IMG/VR virus record: IMGVR_UViG_3300021167_000128 | Coordinates: 1 to 64,000 of that record | Reading direction: 5' to 3' (one strand) | Length of the DNA: 64,000 bases | Source: a virus | Taxonomy: Duplodnaviria; Caudoviricetes | In this document: piece by piece, positions 17,975 through 27,870 of the stretch | Position numbering within the stretch: position 1 is the first letter of the stretch | Layout of the letters: each line of letters starts with the position of its first letter | Position numbers and translations under genes: made by a program | The notes under the pieces: generated by a model | Seen by the model: only the letters and a program-made list of their open reading frames with translations | What the model was told of the DNA's origin: nothing | The model's database searches: none

Positions 17975-18763
17975 GTGAGAGAATCCACCCTTTTATCTGG
18001 AGAAAGTTCTAGCTGTGGTTGCCAGGCAGCTATTAAAGCAGGGAAAAGACTAAGAACTCATGGCCTGTCTAAACACCCTTTATACAATACATGGAAGAAA
18101 ATGCTTTATCGGTGTAATAAAGAAAGTGCTAAGGATTATAAACATTATGGAGGAAGAGGAATTGCGGTATGCAGTAGGTGGAGTCTTAATGGAATTGAAG
18201 GATTTAAAAACTTTCTAGAAGATATGGAGGAATCTTTTGAATATGGTCTTGAATTAGACCGTATTGATGTTAACGGAAATTATGAAAAGGATAATTGCAA
18301 ATGGTCTTCAAGACGGGAACAGGTAATAAATCGCAGACTAATCGGCTCTTATTTCGATACCCATTATTTAGAGTATGATGGTAAAAAACTATGTATGTCT
18401 CAGTGGGCAGATATTACTAGGATTAATAAGCAAATAATTTCAGATAGAATTTCAAAACTTAAGTGGTCTGTTCAAGATGCTTTAACAAAACCAATAAAAC
18501 CACGTGAGACTGTCGTTATTATTGACGAAATTGAATATAAATTGAATGAAGTATTTAAGAATCCTACAAATTTATATACGAAGATTGGTAAAAGATTTAC
18601 CCTTTATCAATATCTATCAAATATGATGAGTGGTTTTGCTACGATTAAAGTCTATTTAAATAAGACTTGGCATGCAATAGATCCAAGTGAGGATAATTCT
18701 GATGAATTATGGAGACACCTATATACGGACAGGTTTAAAAGTATTCTGGAGCAACTCCAATGA
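17975..18763 (+). CDS. Free-standing HNH homing endonuclease (N-terminus possibly truncated)
   Basis: SCGC, HGLS, W..M..RC, YGGRGI.VC, LDRIDVNGNYEKDNCKW. Confidence 0.85.
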   Translation: MRESTLLSGESSSCGCQAAIKAGKRLRTHGLSKHPLYNTWKKMLYRCNKESAKDYKHYGGRGIAVCSRWSLNGIEGFKNFLEDMEESFEYGLELDRIDVNGNYEKDNCKWSSRREQVINRRLIGSYFDTHYLEYDGKKLCMSQWADITRINKQIISDRISKLKWSVQDALTKPIKPRETVVIIDEIEYKLNEVFKNPTNLYTKIGKRFTLYQYLSNMMSGFATIKVYLNKTWHAIDPSEDNSDELWRHLYTDRFKSILEQLQ

Positions 18764-18921
18764 CTACCGAAGACTTATACACCACAGCACATGGTAAAAC
18801 AGTTACTAAGGGACATTTAGAGCTATTACAAATATATTGGACATGTGCTTATATGAAGAGGACACCTGATGATAAATCTTGCTTTAAAGAGTTTGCTTCA
18901 AAGTACGGAGTATTAGTATGA
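18760..18921 (+). CDS. 53-aa ORF paralogous to the exonuclease C-terminus (not in ORF track)
   Basis: Ungapped 47-aa alignment to the exonuclease tail, 12 identities; ATGA overlaps at both ends. Confidence 0.7.
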   Translation: MTTEDLYTTAHGKTVTKGHLELLQIYWTCAYMKRTPDDKSCFKEFASKYGVLV

Positions 18922-19214
18922 TATATACTCAAGATATAGAACCTGATGAAGGTAAATTTCACACTAATACTTTGTATGATGAAGAAGGATATGAAGTAGT
19001 TGGATGGGAGTATGTACTAGATGAAGATGGTAATAAGATTCCAATAGACGTTTGCATTTGTGAAGCAAATAATTCATCAGAATGCGGCTGTAGTTGTACT
19101 AGCTGGTATGAATCTAGTTGGTCAGATTGTGATGAAGATGGTTGGTATGATGAACAAATGAAGTGGGAAGAACACAGAGAAATGTCGTTCGGTAGGCACT
19201 TAGATAACTTTTAA
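18918..19214 (+). CDS. Hypothetical acidic, Cys-rich protein
   Basis: ORF coupled to the upstream stop. Confidence 0.55.
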   Translation: MIYTQDIEPDEGKFHTNTLYDEEGYEVVGWEYVLDEDGNKIPIDVCICEANNSSECGCSCTSWYESSWSDCDEDGWYDEQMKWEEHREMSFGRHLDNF

Positions 19215-19254
19215 GGAGCTAAAAATTAACAAATCATTATATACAGCAAAGGAA

Positions 19255-19725
19255 GTGAAGGAGTTCAAAGAGCAGCTCATTAAAGCTCAAAACGGTATTG
19301 ATCCAATTCTTAATGAACCTTTTAAAGAAACAGTTTGTCTTGACCACGATCATTTTTCACAGCATTGTAGAGCAGCCCTAAATAGGAATACAAACGCATT
19401 TGAAGGTCTTGTTGTTAATGCATACAAGAGGTGCTTGAGTTGGCTTACTGACAAACCCTTACCAGAGATCTTACGAGGGCTTGCTTTGTATCTTGAGAAG
19501 GACTATACTTCTAATCCATACCACCCATCCTTTTTAAAGAAACTTAAAACTGAGTTCAATAAACTATCAGCTTCTCAACAAAATGAAGTTCTTAAATCAC
19601 TAGGTTCAACACCAGGGTCAAATCCTAAGATAAGAAAAGAATTATTTGCAAAGATTGTAATACAGCGAGAACTAGGCTATGATAATATTCTTGCAGTAAT
19701 TAATGGAGTATTAAATGCACAATGA
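19255..19725 (+). CDS. Recombination endonuclease VII-like (Holliday junction resolvase)
   Basis: QNGIDPI...CLDHDH...CRAAL...N..EG. Confidence 0.8.
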   Translation: MKEFKEQLIKAQNGIDPILNEPFKETVCLDHDHFSQHCRAALNRNTNAFEGLVVNAYKRCLSWLTDKPLPEILRGLALYLEKDYTSNPYHPSFLKKLKTEFNKLSASQQNEVLKSLGSTPGSNPKIRKELFAKIVIQRELGYDNILAVINGVLNAQ

Positions 19726-19862
19726 CACGGATTATGTAATAATGATAATTGTATTCATCCTTCTTGGATTTACTGCTTGTTTACTATTTACTGCACTTGG
19801 ACCCTACATTTGGTCTATGGTTATTAAACCACTACTATTAACCCTCGTTTAAGGAGTAACAT

Positions 19863-20177
19863 ATGGCTGAACTTTATTTCAATTCACGGTCAGAAATTAT
19901 TAATCACTTAAAATCTAATTTGAATTTTTCAAAAGAAGATGCTGAATACTTTGACGATGATTTATTTGATTATGAGGAGGTACAAGATAAGCGTAGTAAT
20001 CACTGTAGTGGATATTTTCTAGATCAAACTAGAGGTATTTATTATTTCGTGTCATTTCTTCATGACTATGATTGGGGAAACTCTGACTATACGCTAGAGA
20101 CTACTCCATGCAAACGAGAAGAATATGAGGAAACCTTAGTAGTTAAGAAAGTTAAATATACAGAAATTAAGGAGTAA
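19863..20177 (+). CDS. Hypothetical protein
   Basis: AAGGAG RBS. Confidence 0.6.
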   Translation: MAELYFNSRSEIINHLKSNLNFSKEDAEYFDDDLFDYEEVQDKRSNHCSGYFLDQTRGIYYFVSFLHDYDWGNSDYTLETTPCKREEYEETLVVKKVKYTEIKE

Positions 20178-20178
20178 T

Positions 20179-20439
20179 ATGAATCTTCTATCAAAACCTA
20201 TTTATATTCTTGAACTAACGTCACGACAACAACAAGAAATTGCAAATGCTATCCTAGAGAACAAGGGAGATATTCCAGAAATTATCCTGAAGAATTCTCC
20301 TACTACAAGTCTTCAAGGTAAGCATATTCAGAAGCTAATTAGACAGCAGTTATTTGAATTACAAATGCAACCATATCTTGTTATGCAGAAATATTTTATG
20401 CTATGGTTTAACTCTCTAAAATATCCTAAAGGAAATTAA
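20179..20439 (+). CDS. Hypothetical protein
   Basis: AAGGAG RBS. Confidence 0.55.
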   Translation: MNLLSKPIYILELTSRQQQEIANAILENKGDIPEIILKNSPTTSLQGKHIQKLIRQQLFELQMQPYLVMQKYFMLWFNSLKYPKGN

Positions 20440-20440
20440 T

Positions 20441-20674
20441 ATGAAAATCTCAAAACAAGAATTAAATGCCTTGATTAGTTTAGTTGTATTCGGTGCAGCA
20501 ATTACTCTTCAACAGGATGATGACTTAAAAATCTCAACGCAATTAAAGATTACTGATATGGTTGAAAATCTTGATACAACAAACACTATCAATGATTCTG
20601 AACATATTCTATATCTTGCTATTAAACTTAAAGCGTATCTTGAAACCAACCTTAAGGAGAATAACAATGCTTGA
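20441..20674 (+). CDS. Hypothetical protein
   Basis: AAGGA RBS; tightly packed with neighbours. Confidence 0.55.
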   Translation: MKISKQELNALISLVVFGAAITLQQDDDLKISTQLKITDMVENLDTTNTINDSEHILYLAIKLKAYLETNLKENNNA

Positions 20675-21149
20675 TAAATTTGCAGATAATGTATTTCAAT
20701 TTAATGAAATTGCAGGTAATAATACTAAAGTCTCTATTGCAGATTTCAAATCACAACAAAAATGTCTGATCGAAGAAGTAAATGAAATCTCAGAAGGTCT
20801 GAATAATGCTAACCTGGAGGAAGTGTTAGATGGTGTCGTAGATGTTCTGTATGTTGCAATCGGTATGCTTATTAAGTTAGAAGAACTTGGTGTTGATACT
20901 GAAGTTGCACTACAACGTATTGGAGAGAATAACCTTAGTAAATTTCCAGAATACTCTAAAGAAATCAGTGATAAAACATTTGAGCAATATAAGTTACAGG
21001 GAGTAACTCTTGTAGAGAATCTTACATTCACTACTAACTATCCAAACGGTATTATGGTTTTTAAAGATAATAATAGTAAAATTCGTAAACCTTATGGTTT
21101 TAGCAGTGTTACACTGAATGATCTTGTTGAAGGTATTGAATTTAAATGA
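20667..21149 (+). CDS. MazG-like NTP pyrophosphohydrolase
   Basis: EEVNE...EVLDGVVDVLYV (ExxE/ExxD) motif. Confidence 0.75.
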   Translation: MLDKFADNVFQFNEIAGNNTKVSIADFKSQQKCLIEEVNEISEGLNNANLEEVLDGVVDVLYVAIGMLIKLEELGVDTEVALQRIGENNLSKFPEYSKEISDKTFEQYKLQGVTLVENLTFTTNYPNGIMVFKDNNSKIRKPYGFSSVTLNDLVEGIEFK

Positions 21150-21382
21150 CAGATACCAAATACAGGCACTATAAATATTCATTTAAAGGGATTAAATTAG
21201 ATCCTTATCGTATTCTTAAAGTCTATGGTATTACCTGTCCAGCACAACAACATGCAATTAAGAAACTTCTACGTGCTGGAAATTCTGTTAAAGATTTAGA
21301 GCAGGATATTCAGGAAGTAATAGATACTCTACAACGCAAATTAGAAATGTTAAAAGAAGACAAATTTTTAATTGACTTGTAA
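21146..21382 (+). CDS. Conserved phage hypothetical protein
   Basis: DPYRIL..Y.I...QHAIKKLLRAG pattern; ATGA coupling. Confidence 0.65.
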   Translation: MTDTKYRHYKYSFKGIKLDPYRILKVYGITCPAQQHAIKKLLRAGNSVKDLEQDIQEVIDTLQRKLEMLKEDKFLIDL

Positions 21383-21439
21383 ATAACCTACGGTATAATA
21401 GTCTCTTGCTTGGGACTATTATCGTTGTAAGGAGAAAAT

Positions 21440-21835
21440 ATGAATAAAAATAATTACACGTCTAAGATTGCTGCATTTATTCATGTGTCGGAATCTGAAA
21501 TTGCTGCTTTATATCCACACTACTTATCAAATTGGAGTGAAACTGAAATTAATTATGCTTTATGGGAGTTAGGTTTAGATACTGACTTCAATTTTGAATT
21601 TCAAGAAGCAAGTCAGCATCGCAATAGAATGAATAAAGTAGTTACATGTGCTAGATGGTATGGAGTAGAACGGGAAGATGTAGAGTGGATTAAGTCTGGT
21701 TTAGCATCGCAGACAGTAAAAGATAAATTAAAAAATAGTAAAATGCTAGATGATGTTTATCGTAGTAAAGGGCTTACAGTGGATTGTATTGAAGCTGCTG
21801 AGTGGAGAGATAAGTATAGTGAAGATAATGAGTGA
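21440..21835 (+). CDS. Hypothetical protein
   Basis: Promoter TTGACT..TATAAT at 21372-21399 and AAGGAG RBS. Confidence 0.6.
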   Translation: MNKNNYTSKIAAFIHVSESEIAALYPHYLSNWSETEINYALWELGLDTDFNFEFQEASQHRNRMNKVVTCARWYGVEREDVEWIKSGLASQTVKDKLKNSKMLDDVYRSKGLTVDCIEAAEWRDKYSEDNE

Positions 21836-21845
21836 AGGAGAGTAT

Positions 21846-23879
21846 ATGGAGTTAGTAAAGAATGATAATCCAAGTTTTCGATCACAGTTTGTTGTAAAGC
21901 GCACGTATAATAGACCATTAGATGATGAAGGTACTATCTTTGAAACATTTGAAGAAACAATTGATCGAGTTATTCAACATCAAGCTTGGTTGTGGGAGAA
22001 AGCAAAAGGTTCTTTAGTGAGTGAAGAACTTGTTTTCTTAAATAGCAAGGAAAAGGAAGAGTTACAAGAACTCAAACAACTACTAATGAATCGACAGGCT
22101 GCTGTATCTGGTAGAACAATGTGGCTTGGTGGAACGGACATATCAAAGCAATATCAAGCTACTAATTTCAACTGTGCCTTTGGTCAAATTAGAACAATCC
22201 ATGATATGGTAGATGCGTTTCATAATTTACTTCTTGGTGTTGGTGTTGGGTTTGAACCAATCACAGGTATCCTTAATGGTTTTGCAAAAGAAGTAGAAAT
22301 TGAGATTGTACGCAGCACACGAAAAGATCGCGGTCAAGATAATAATAAAGAATTATTTTATAAACGAGATGGTAAACGAGTGTGGCGTCTAGTGATTGGG
22401 GATTCTGGTATTTCTTGGGCTAAAGCTGCAGGTAAGCTTGTAGCAATGAAGAAACCAGTTGAAATTATTATCCTAGATTTTACTGAAGTACGTCCGGGAG
22501 GAAAACCTTTACGTGGCTTTGGTTGGATTTCTTCTGGTGATGAACAGATTTCAGAAGCATTCTATGCAATTGCTAATATTCTAAACCGTAAAGCGGGTCA
22601 GCTACTATCTCGCATGGATATACTGGATGTTCTTAATTGGCTAGGAACAGCTCTGTCGTCTCGCAGGTCTGCTGAGATTGCACTGTTCCCTGCAGAAGAC
22701 CCGGAAGCTGAAGAGTTTGCTACAGCTAAACGTGATCACTGGAAAAATGGTAATAAACAACGTTCTCAGTCTAACAATAGTCTTGTATTTTATTCACGTC
22801 CATCTAAACGTGAAATTAGGGGCTTAATTAGTCAGATGATTGAATCAGGTGGATCTGAGCCTGGATTTCTAAATGGACGTGCTGCACTAAAAAGGGCTCC
22901 TTGGTTTAAGGGTGTGAACCCGTGCTGTGAAATCCTATTAGGAGACAAGAGTTACTGTAATCTAGTAACATTAAATCTTTCTAAGTTTAATGGTAAAGAA
23001 GAAGAGTTACACCGTGCAGCTTGGATTATGGGTAGGGCTAATTATCGTCAAACTTGTGTTGACTTACGTGATGGTATTCTACAAGAAACATGGCATGAAC
23101 TTAATCAGTTCTTACGATTAACTGGTGTTGGTTGTGCTGGTATTGTTATGTGGGAAGGTCATAAGAACCCTGAAATGATTAAGCTACTGAAAGAAGCCGC
23201 TCATACCGGAGTACATAGTATGGCAGATGAACTAGGATTGCCCCGCTCTAAAGCTATTACAACAGTCAAACCTGACGGAACGGTAGGTAAGATGATGGAT
23301 ACCACTGAAGGAATTCATAAACCACTATCTAAATATATCTTTAATAATATTCTTATTTCAAAAGCAAGTCCTTTACTACAATTTGCTATTGAAGCTGGAT
23401 ACAGGCATTTTGAACATCCGTTTGATTCTACTTCAGAGATTGTTACACTTCCTGTCTGTTTTGAAGGTGTGGAGTTTGATAAGGTTTCAGTAGAGCGTAA
23501 TGAAACTACTACAGAACTTGAGGTTAATTTAGAGTCTGCTGTAGATCAACTTGAACGGTATAAGCTGTGGATGAATAATTATGCAGACCATAATGTTAGT
23601 ATTACCGTTTCATACTCTGTTGATGAATCTGAGAAAATTGTTGAGTGGCTTCATAAGAATTGGGATTATTTTGTAGGTGTATCATTTCTTTTACGTGCTG
23701 ATCCTACAAAAACAGCAGAAGACCTGGGATATGTTTATCTTCCCCAACAACCTGTAACTAAAGAGGAATATTATGAATATGTATCTACCCTAAAAGAAGT
23801 AAATCTAGACGCTGTATTTGTAAATTCACTAGAAGAGCTTGAAAATGATTGCGCTTCTGGAGTCTGTCCAATTCGTTAA
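21846..23879 (+). CDS. nrdJ: Class II (adenosylcobalamin) ribonucleotide reductase
   Basis: FNCAF, GVGVG, NPCxE, CNL, TVKPxGT and C-terminal CASGVCPIR; no small-subunit gene adjacent. Confidence 0.85.
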   Translation: MELVKNDNPSFRSQFVVKRTYNRPLDDEGTIFETFEETIDRVIQHQAWLWEKAKGSLVSEELVFLNSKEKEELQELKQLLMNRQAAVSGRTMWLGGTDISKQYQATNFNCAFGQIRTIHDMVDAFHNLLLGVGVGFEPITGILNGFAKEVEIEIVRSTRKDRGQDNNKELFYKRDGKRVWRLVIGDSGISWAKAAGKLVAMKKPVEIIILDFTEVRPGGKPLRGFGWISSGDEQISEAFYAIANILNRKAGQLLSRMDILDVLNWLGTALSSRRSAEIALFPAEDPEAEEFATAKRDHWKNGNKQRSQSNNSLVFYSRPSKREIRGLISQMIESGGSEPGFLNGRAALKRAPWFKGVNPCCEILLGDKSYCNLVTLNLSKFNGKEEELHRAAWIMGRANYRQTCVDLRDGILQETWHELNQFLRLTGVGCAGIVMWEGHKNPEMIKLLKEAAHTGVHSMADELGLPRSKAITTVKPDGTVGKMMDTTEGIHKPLSKYIFNNILISKASPLLQFAIEAGYRHFEHPFDSTSEIVTLPVCFEGVEFDKVSVERNETTTELEVNLESAVDQLERYKLWMNNYADHNVSITVSYSVDESEKIVEWLHKNWDYFVGVSFLLRADPTKTAEDLGYVYLPQQPVTKEEYYEYVSTLKEVNLDAVFVNSLEELENDCASGVCPIR

Positions 23880-23886
23880 GTAATTA

Positions 23887-23910
23887 ATAAAGCCCCTTGC
23901 GGGGCTTTTC
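23887..23910 (+). terminator. Intrinsic terminator
   Basis: AAAGCCCC-TTGC-GGGGCTTTT. Confidence 0.7.
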
Positions 23911-23928
23911 TATATGAAGGGAATCTGA

Positions 23929-24654
23929 ATGATTTCAAAGGAAAGACGAATAATCGAGTACAAAGATAAAGGTATTATTAAACAATGCACTGTATTTGAT
24001 AAAATATCAGATAAAACTGAAGCTTATATTGTAGGTATTATGTGGGCTGATGCAGGTTTTGGGCTGTCTAAGAGTAAATATCCAAGGATGACTATGAACT
24101 CTTCTAATGAATGGTTAGTCAAGGCTTTTAATGATTTCTTTATAGCAGGTAAATTTAGAAAAAGAACTAGAGACATATCTATAACCAACAGTCAAGGTAA
24201 CGAATATAGGTATGAAAATAGTGTATCTTATGAGTACTGCCTACCAAGTAGATCAACACTTGGTCTAATTAGTACAGGCATTGTTGCACTAAAGCCAGAT
24301 AGAGATATTATTAACCTTAGTGATGAATTTATTTTTCAAGTAATTTTAGGATTCTTTGATGGAGATGGATCTATTGTAGTTCTCCGCAGGAAGGATTGCC
24401 GAACACCTAGATTAAATATCCATATTGTTTCTGGAGCTTTTAATGCTTTAAATTTTATTCAGAAAGAACTTAATGTTTTTGGAATTTCTAGCAGTATATA
24501 TTCAAGAAGCGAAAAGTGCAAAGAACTTAGAATCAATAATACAGAGCACGCTATTAAGTTTTGTGAAATGATCTATAAAGATCTTCCAGATTTTTACGAT
24601 AAAAAGAAAAAGAAAGTATTTAATGAATATATGATAGAATGCTTGTCCTATTAA
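23929..24654 (+). CDS. Free-standing LAGLIDADG homing endonuclease
   Basis: Two motifs: AYIVGIMWADAG and ILGFFDGDGS. Confidence 0.8.
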   Translation: MISKERRIIEYKDKGIIKQCTVFDKISDKTEAYIVGIMWADAGFGLSKSKYPRMTMNSSNEWLVKAFNDFFIAGKFRKRTRDISITNSQGNEYRYENSVSYEYCLPSRSTLGLISTGIVALKPDRDIINLSDEFIFQVILGFFDGDGSIVVLRRKDCRTPRLNIHIVSGAFNALNFIQKELNVFGISSSIYSRSEKCKELRINNTEHAIKFCEMIYKDLPDFYDKKKKKVFNEYMIECLSY

Positions 24655-24667
24655 GTAACCCATAAAA

Positions 24668-24707
24668 GAATACCCGGACATCCTTAACAGGACTCCGGGT
24701 ATTTTTA
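24668..24707. terminator. Bidirectional terminator between converging operons
   Basis: AATACCCGG...CCGGGTATTTTT. Confidence 0.7.
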
Positions 24708-24717
24708 CGTCTAAATT

Positions 24718-25545
24718 TTAAACATCCATAATACAATCAGCTTCAGCAACTCTACGCTTAGTTAAACCTTTCAGTACAACTAAATTTCCTTTAACTCTAG
24801 CTTTATCCCACTTTAAGCATTCCCTTGCAGCAGCATTCCAATCTTTTAAGTCAATCTTTTTCTTAAACGTACTAGCCTTATAGTTACCAATCCCTAAATT
24901 ATATACCCAAGATAAAACTCCAGATACTCGTCTGATGGATTCTTCCTTAAGATTAGGAGAAGCAATATATAAATCTGTTAAAAATTTATTTAAGATAACT
25001 TGCTTATGTGCAATAGCACGATGATAACTCCATTTATCTCCTAGCTTAATTTTGTTACCTTCTTCATCAGAGGTGAATCCCCAAGAGATTGTAGGAATAC
25101 CAACAGGATCTAAATAAGCTATAAAGTTACCTTCCTTATCTTTAGGTCCAGTACCTTCAAAAGGGATTAGTAGGTTCTTACTACAATATTCTAAAATATC
25201 TTCAGTTTTTAACTTTGGTGCTACTTCTAACTTTGGAAAATCTGATAGAATAGTTTCATCTTCATCTGATCTATCTACCTTTTCTGGTAATCCAATCTTA
25301 TCTGTTGTAACGTAAGTTAAGATAGTATTGAACACTGCAATCAAACCAACAGCAATGATATTTGCTGTATCCACATCAACAGGAATTGGAACACCAAATA
25401 CAGTGGCTACATTAGCTCCTGCTACTATTACACCAGCAAGAACAGTAGCTTGTACTTGTCTATTTTTCCATTTACCTGGGTCAGCTACACTTTGACCTTT
25501 CCTGAATAGGTCAATTACAGCAGCTACTTTATTTAAAGCAATCAT
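24718..25545 (-). CDS. Lysozyme-type (GH24) endolysin fused to an N-terminal two-TM membrane domain
   Basis: FEG...AYLDPVGIPTISWG catalytic E/D/T, WVYNLG, GL.KRR.AE; two hydrophobic segments in the first 85 aa. Confidence 0.85.
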   Translation of the reverse strand: MIALNKVAAVIDLFRKGQSVADPGKWKNRQVQATVLAGVIVAGANVATVFGVPIPVDVDTANIIAVGLIAVFNTILTYVTTDKIGLPEKVDRSDEDETILSDFPKLEVAPKLKTEDILEYCSKNLLIPFEGTGPKDKEGNFIAYLDPVGIPTISWGFTSDEEGNKIKLGDKWSYHRAIAHKQVILNKFLTDLYIASPNLKEESIRRVSGVLSWVYNLGIGNYKASTFKKKIDLKDWNAAARECLKWDKARVKGNLVVLKGLTKRRVAEADCIMDV

Positions 25546-26066
25546 AATTCATCCTCCTGCATATAACCTTCGTTTATATCTGCACAAGCTTTTCTATCAT
25601 CAGCTTTTAATCTAAGTTCTAGATTGTGAACTCTATCTTTCATAGTAAGAATCTCCCTAATAAGATTTGCAATACGATTGTCCCTATCTTGAATAATGAA
25701 ATCTTTCTCATCTAACCTATTCTTGAGAACTTCTATTGTTTCTCTAAGTTTTTCGTTATTAGATTCTACTGTTTCTAGATGTAATACCTTACCTTTTAAT
25801 TCATTTAATCTCTCTTGTAACTCAATCCTGCTCTGCATTACTCTTTCAAGTTCTAATTTTTGTTGCTTAATTTCATCAGACTGAAGGCGTACTTGTTCAG
25901 ATAATTGAGTATAAAGACTTATTTGTGCATTTGCTTCTTTACTTGAGTTCCAAAACTGTCTAATAAGAGGAATCATCAATAATATAATTACAATGATCCC
26001 TCCAATAATACCAGTAATGGAACCAGAAGCTACTGTTGAAATTACAACGGGAGCAACTGTTTCCAT
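25542..26066 (-). CDS. Putative holin or inner spanin (one TM plus coiled coil)
   Basis: N-terminal TM GIIGGIIVIILLMIPLI, long heptad coil, next to the endolysin. Confidence 0.5.
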   Translation of the reverse strand: METVAPVVISTVASGSITGIIGGIIVIILLMIPLIRQFWNSSKEANAQISLYTQLSEQVRLQSDEIKQQKLELERVMQSRIELQERLNELKGKVLHLETVESNNEKLRETIEVLKNRLDEKDFIIQDRDNRIANLIREILTMKDRVHNLELRLKADDRKACADINEGYMQEDEL

Positions 26067-26078
26067 TCCTTTCCTTTC

Positions 26079-26582
26079 TTATACCAGGGTTGTAGGAGGT
26101 AAATCTAACTTAGGAAGTTCTTCAATAAGAGCTTCAATTGTATGAATTTGCCTTTCACCAGAAGCTACCTCAGCTTTAACTTGATTAACTGCAAACCAAT
26201 ATAAAGATCTCCATGATCGGAACGCTTTACCTTCTAACTGAAATTCAGGTACAGAGGGTTCCTCTGCATAAGAAATAGCAGTATAAATATTGTCATACCC
26301 ATACTCTTTTGCTTTATTGTCTAGATGCAACTGTAGTGCAATTTCAAATGCTTTTACAACTTCATTTAATGAAGGTTCAAATTTAACAGCAGATGGGAAT
26401 CCATCCAAGTCTGGTTGAATGCTATATCCACTCTCTTGTAGCCTGAAAAGATCCTTGTATTGATCTTCAGTAACCTCAACAGCACCCTCTAAGATTCCAA
26501 TTGGAATACCATTTTCATTAAATAGATCAGTGTGAATAGTTGGAATATAAAATCCATTTGTGTTTTTGTCATAAAAATACAT
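26079..26582 (-). CDS. Tail fibre assembly chaperone
   Basis: YFYDKNTNGFY N-terminus; directly after the fibre gene. Confidence 0.7.
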   Translation of the reverse strand: MYFYDKNTNGFYIPTIHTDLFNENGIPIGILEGAVEVTEDQYKDLFRLQESGYSIQPDLDGFPSAVKFEPSLNEVVKAFEIALQLHLDNKAKEYGYDNIYTAISYAEEPSVPEFQLEGKAFRSWRSLYWFAVNQVKAEVASGERQIHTIEALIEELPKLDLPPTTLV

Positions 26583-26595
26583 ATTATTCCTTTTT

Positions 26596-27816
26596 TTAAT
26601 ATCCGGTTGCAAACCAATATAATGGGTATGTAGTTGTCGTTGTTTCTTGGTATGAAAATCCAGAATTAGTTAAGCTACTAATATTTATAAAGGTTTCATA
26701 TCCCGATGCTGCACCAGCAGAAATTGCGGTTCTAGTACTTTGAATGTTTAACACAGCATTGGGGAAACTAATCGGAAAATTAATTGGACCTGAACCTGTT
26801 GTAGTAACACCCCATTGAACAATTAATTTATTAGGTAACTTTGAATAACCAGTACTTCCGAAAGAACTAGCACCTGCACTAAATTTCCAGACATCATCAG
26901 CAGCAATACCTGAAAAGTAATTCTTACCATTAGATCTATTATGCTCTACAAGGGCTCCACCAGAAGCTGAATATAAACCCCAAGTAGTATCTGTACTACA
27001 TAAATATGCTGTATTTTGTCCAGACTTAGCAACCACAAGCAGAGGATTAAATGTTCCCGAAACAATAACTTGATCTACAAAAGTTCCAGTATTGCTAGAA
27101 GTAATACCCGCTGATGTAACTCTACCTGCGGCAGTAAAATCTCCAGCAGCAGTAAATGAATACTTACTAACAATAGATGTTGAGTTACCTCCAAATCCTA
27201 AGTTTAATGTACCACTGACCGAATACATGGAAATATAGTAAGTACCATCTTCTAGTAAATATCCACCTCCATAATTTCCTGTAGTTTTTATTGCATAATT
27301 AGTAGCTAAAGCAGGATTAGATTGTGAGTAGTTAAATACGTTTTGAGAACCCGTGAAGGTATTCCCTCCACTTACTTTAGCTGCCCAAGTAGAAATCTTA
27401 TTACTAGACCAAGTTTTTATAGCAGATGTATTAGTATCATCAAACAAAGTACCTACAACAAAACCTTGTGCAATCTGCCCCCAATACTTAGCAGAGTATT
27501 CACTTCCCGATACAGGACCATCTGTTTTAATAGCCCAGTTCTGTGCTGTTGTTGCACTTGTAGAAGAATTAGTAGCAGATGTATTTGCATTTGAAGCACT
27601 TGTTGCTGCATTACTTGCAGACGTTGAGGCTTCTCCGGCCTTTGTAGTTGCTGTATTAGCTGCCGTACTAGCTGTAGTTTGTTTAGAATTTACATCAGCA
27701 GCTAGTGAGTTAGCCTCTGTTGCAAAAGTAGGTAACTGAGCCATGAAAGCATCAGCTCTAGGGCTGAAATTAGCTGAGTCTGCTCTAGATGGTGGCAATG
27801 GTAATGGTGTAATCAT
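26596..27816 (-). CDS. Tail fibre protein
   Basis: A/S/T-rich N-terminal coil; C-terminal GYSKLPNKLIVQWG fibre-tip domain. Confidence 0.8.
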   Translation of the reverse strand: MITPLPLPPSRADSANFSPRADAFMAQLPTFATEANSLAADVNSKQTTASTAANTATTKAGEASTSASNAATSASNANTSATNSSTSATTAQNWAIKTDGPVSGSEYSAKYWGQIAQGFVVGTLFDDTNTSAIKTWSSNKISTWAAKVSGGNTFTGSQNVFNYSQSNPALATNYAIKTTGNYGGGYLLEDGTYYISMYSVSGTLNLGFGGNSTSIVSKYSFTAAGDFTAAGRVTSAGITSSNTGTFVDQVIVSGTFNPLLVVAKSGQNTAYLCSTDTTWGLYSASGGALVEHNRSNGKNYFSGIAADDVWKFSAGASSFGSTGYSKLPNKLIVQWGVTTTGSGPINFPISFPNAVLNIQSTRTAISAGAASGYETFINISSLTNSGFSYQETTTTTYPLYWFATGY

Positions 27817-27870
27817 TAATTAGTTCCTTTATAGTAAGTATTAATCATATGTATATAATCTCCTTGATAA

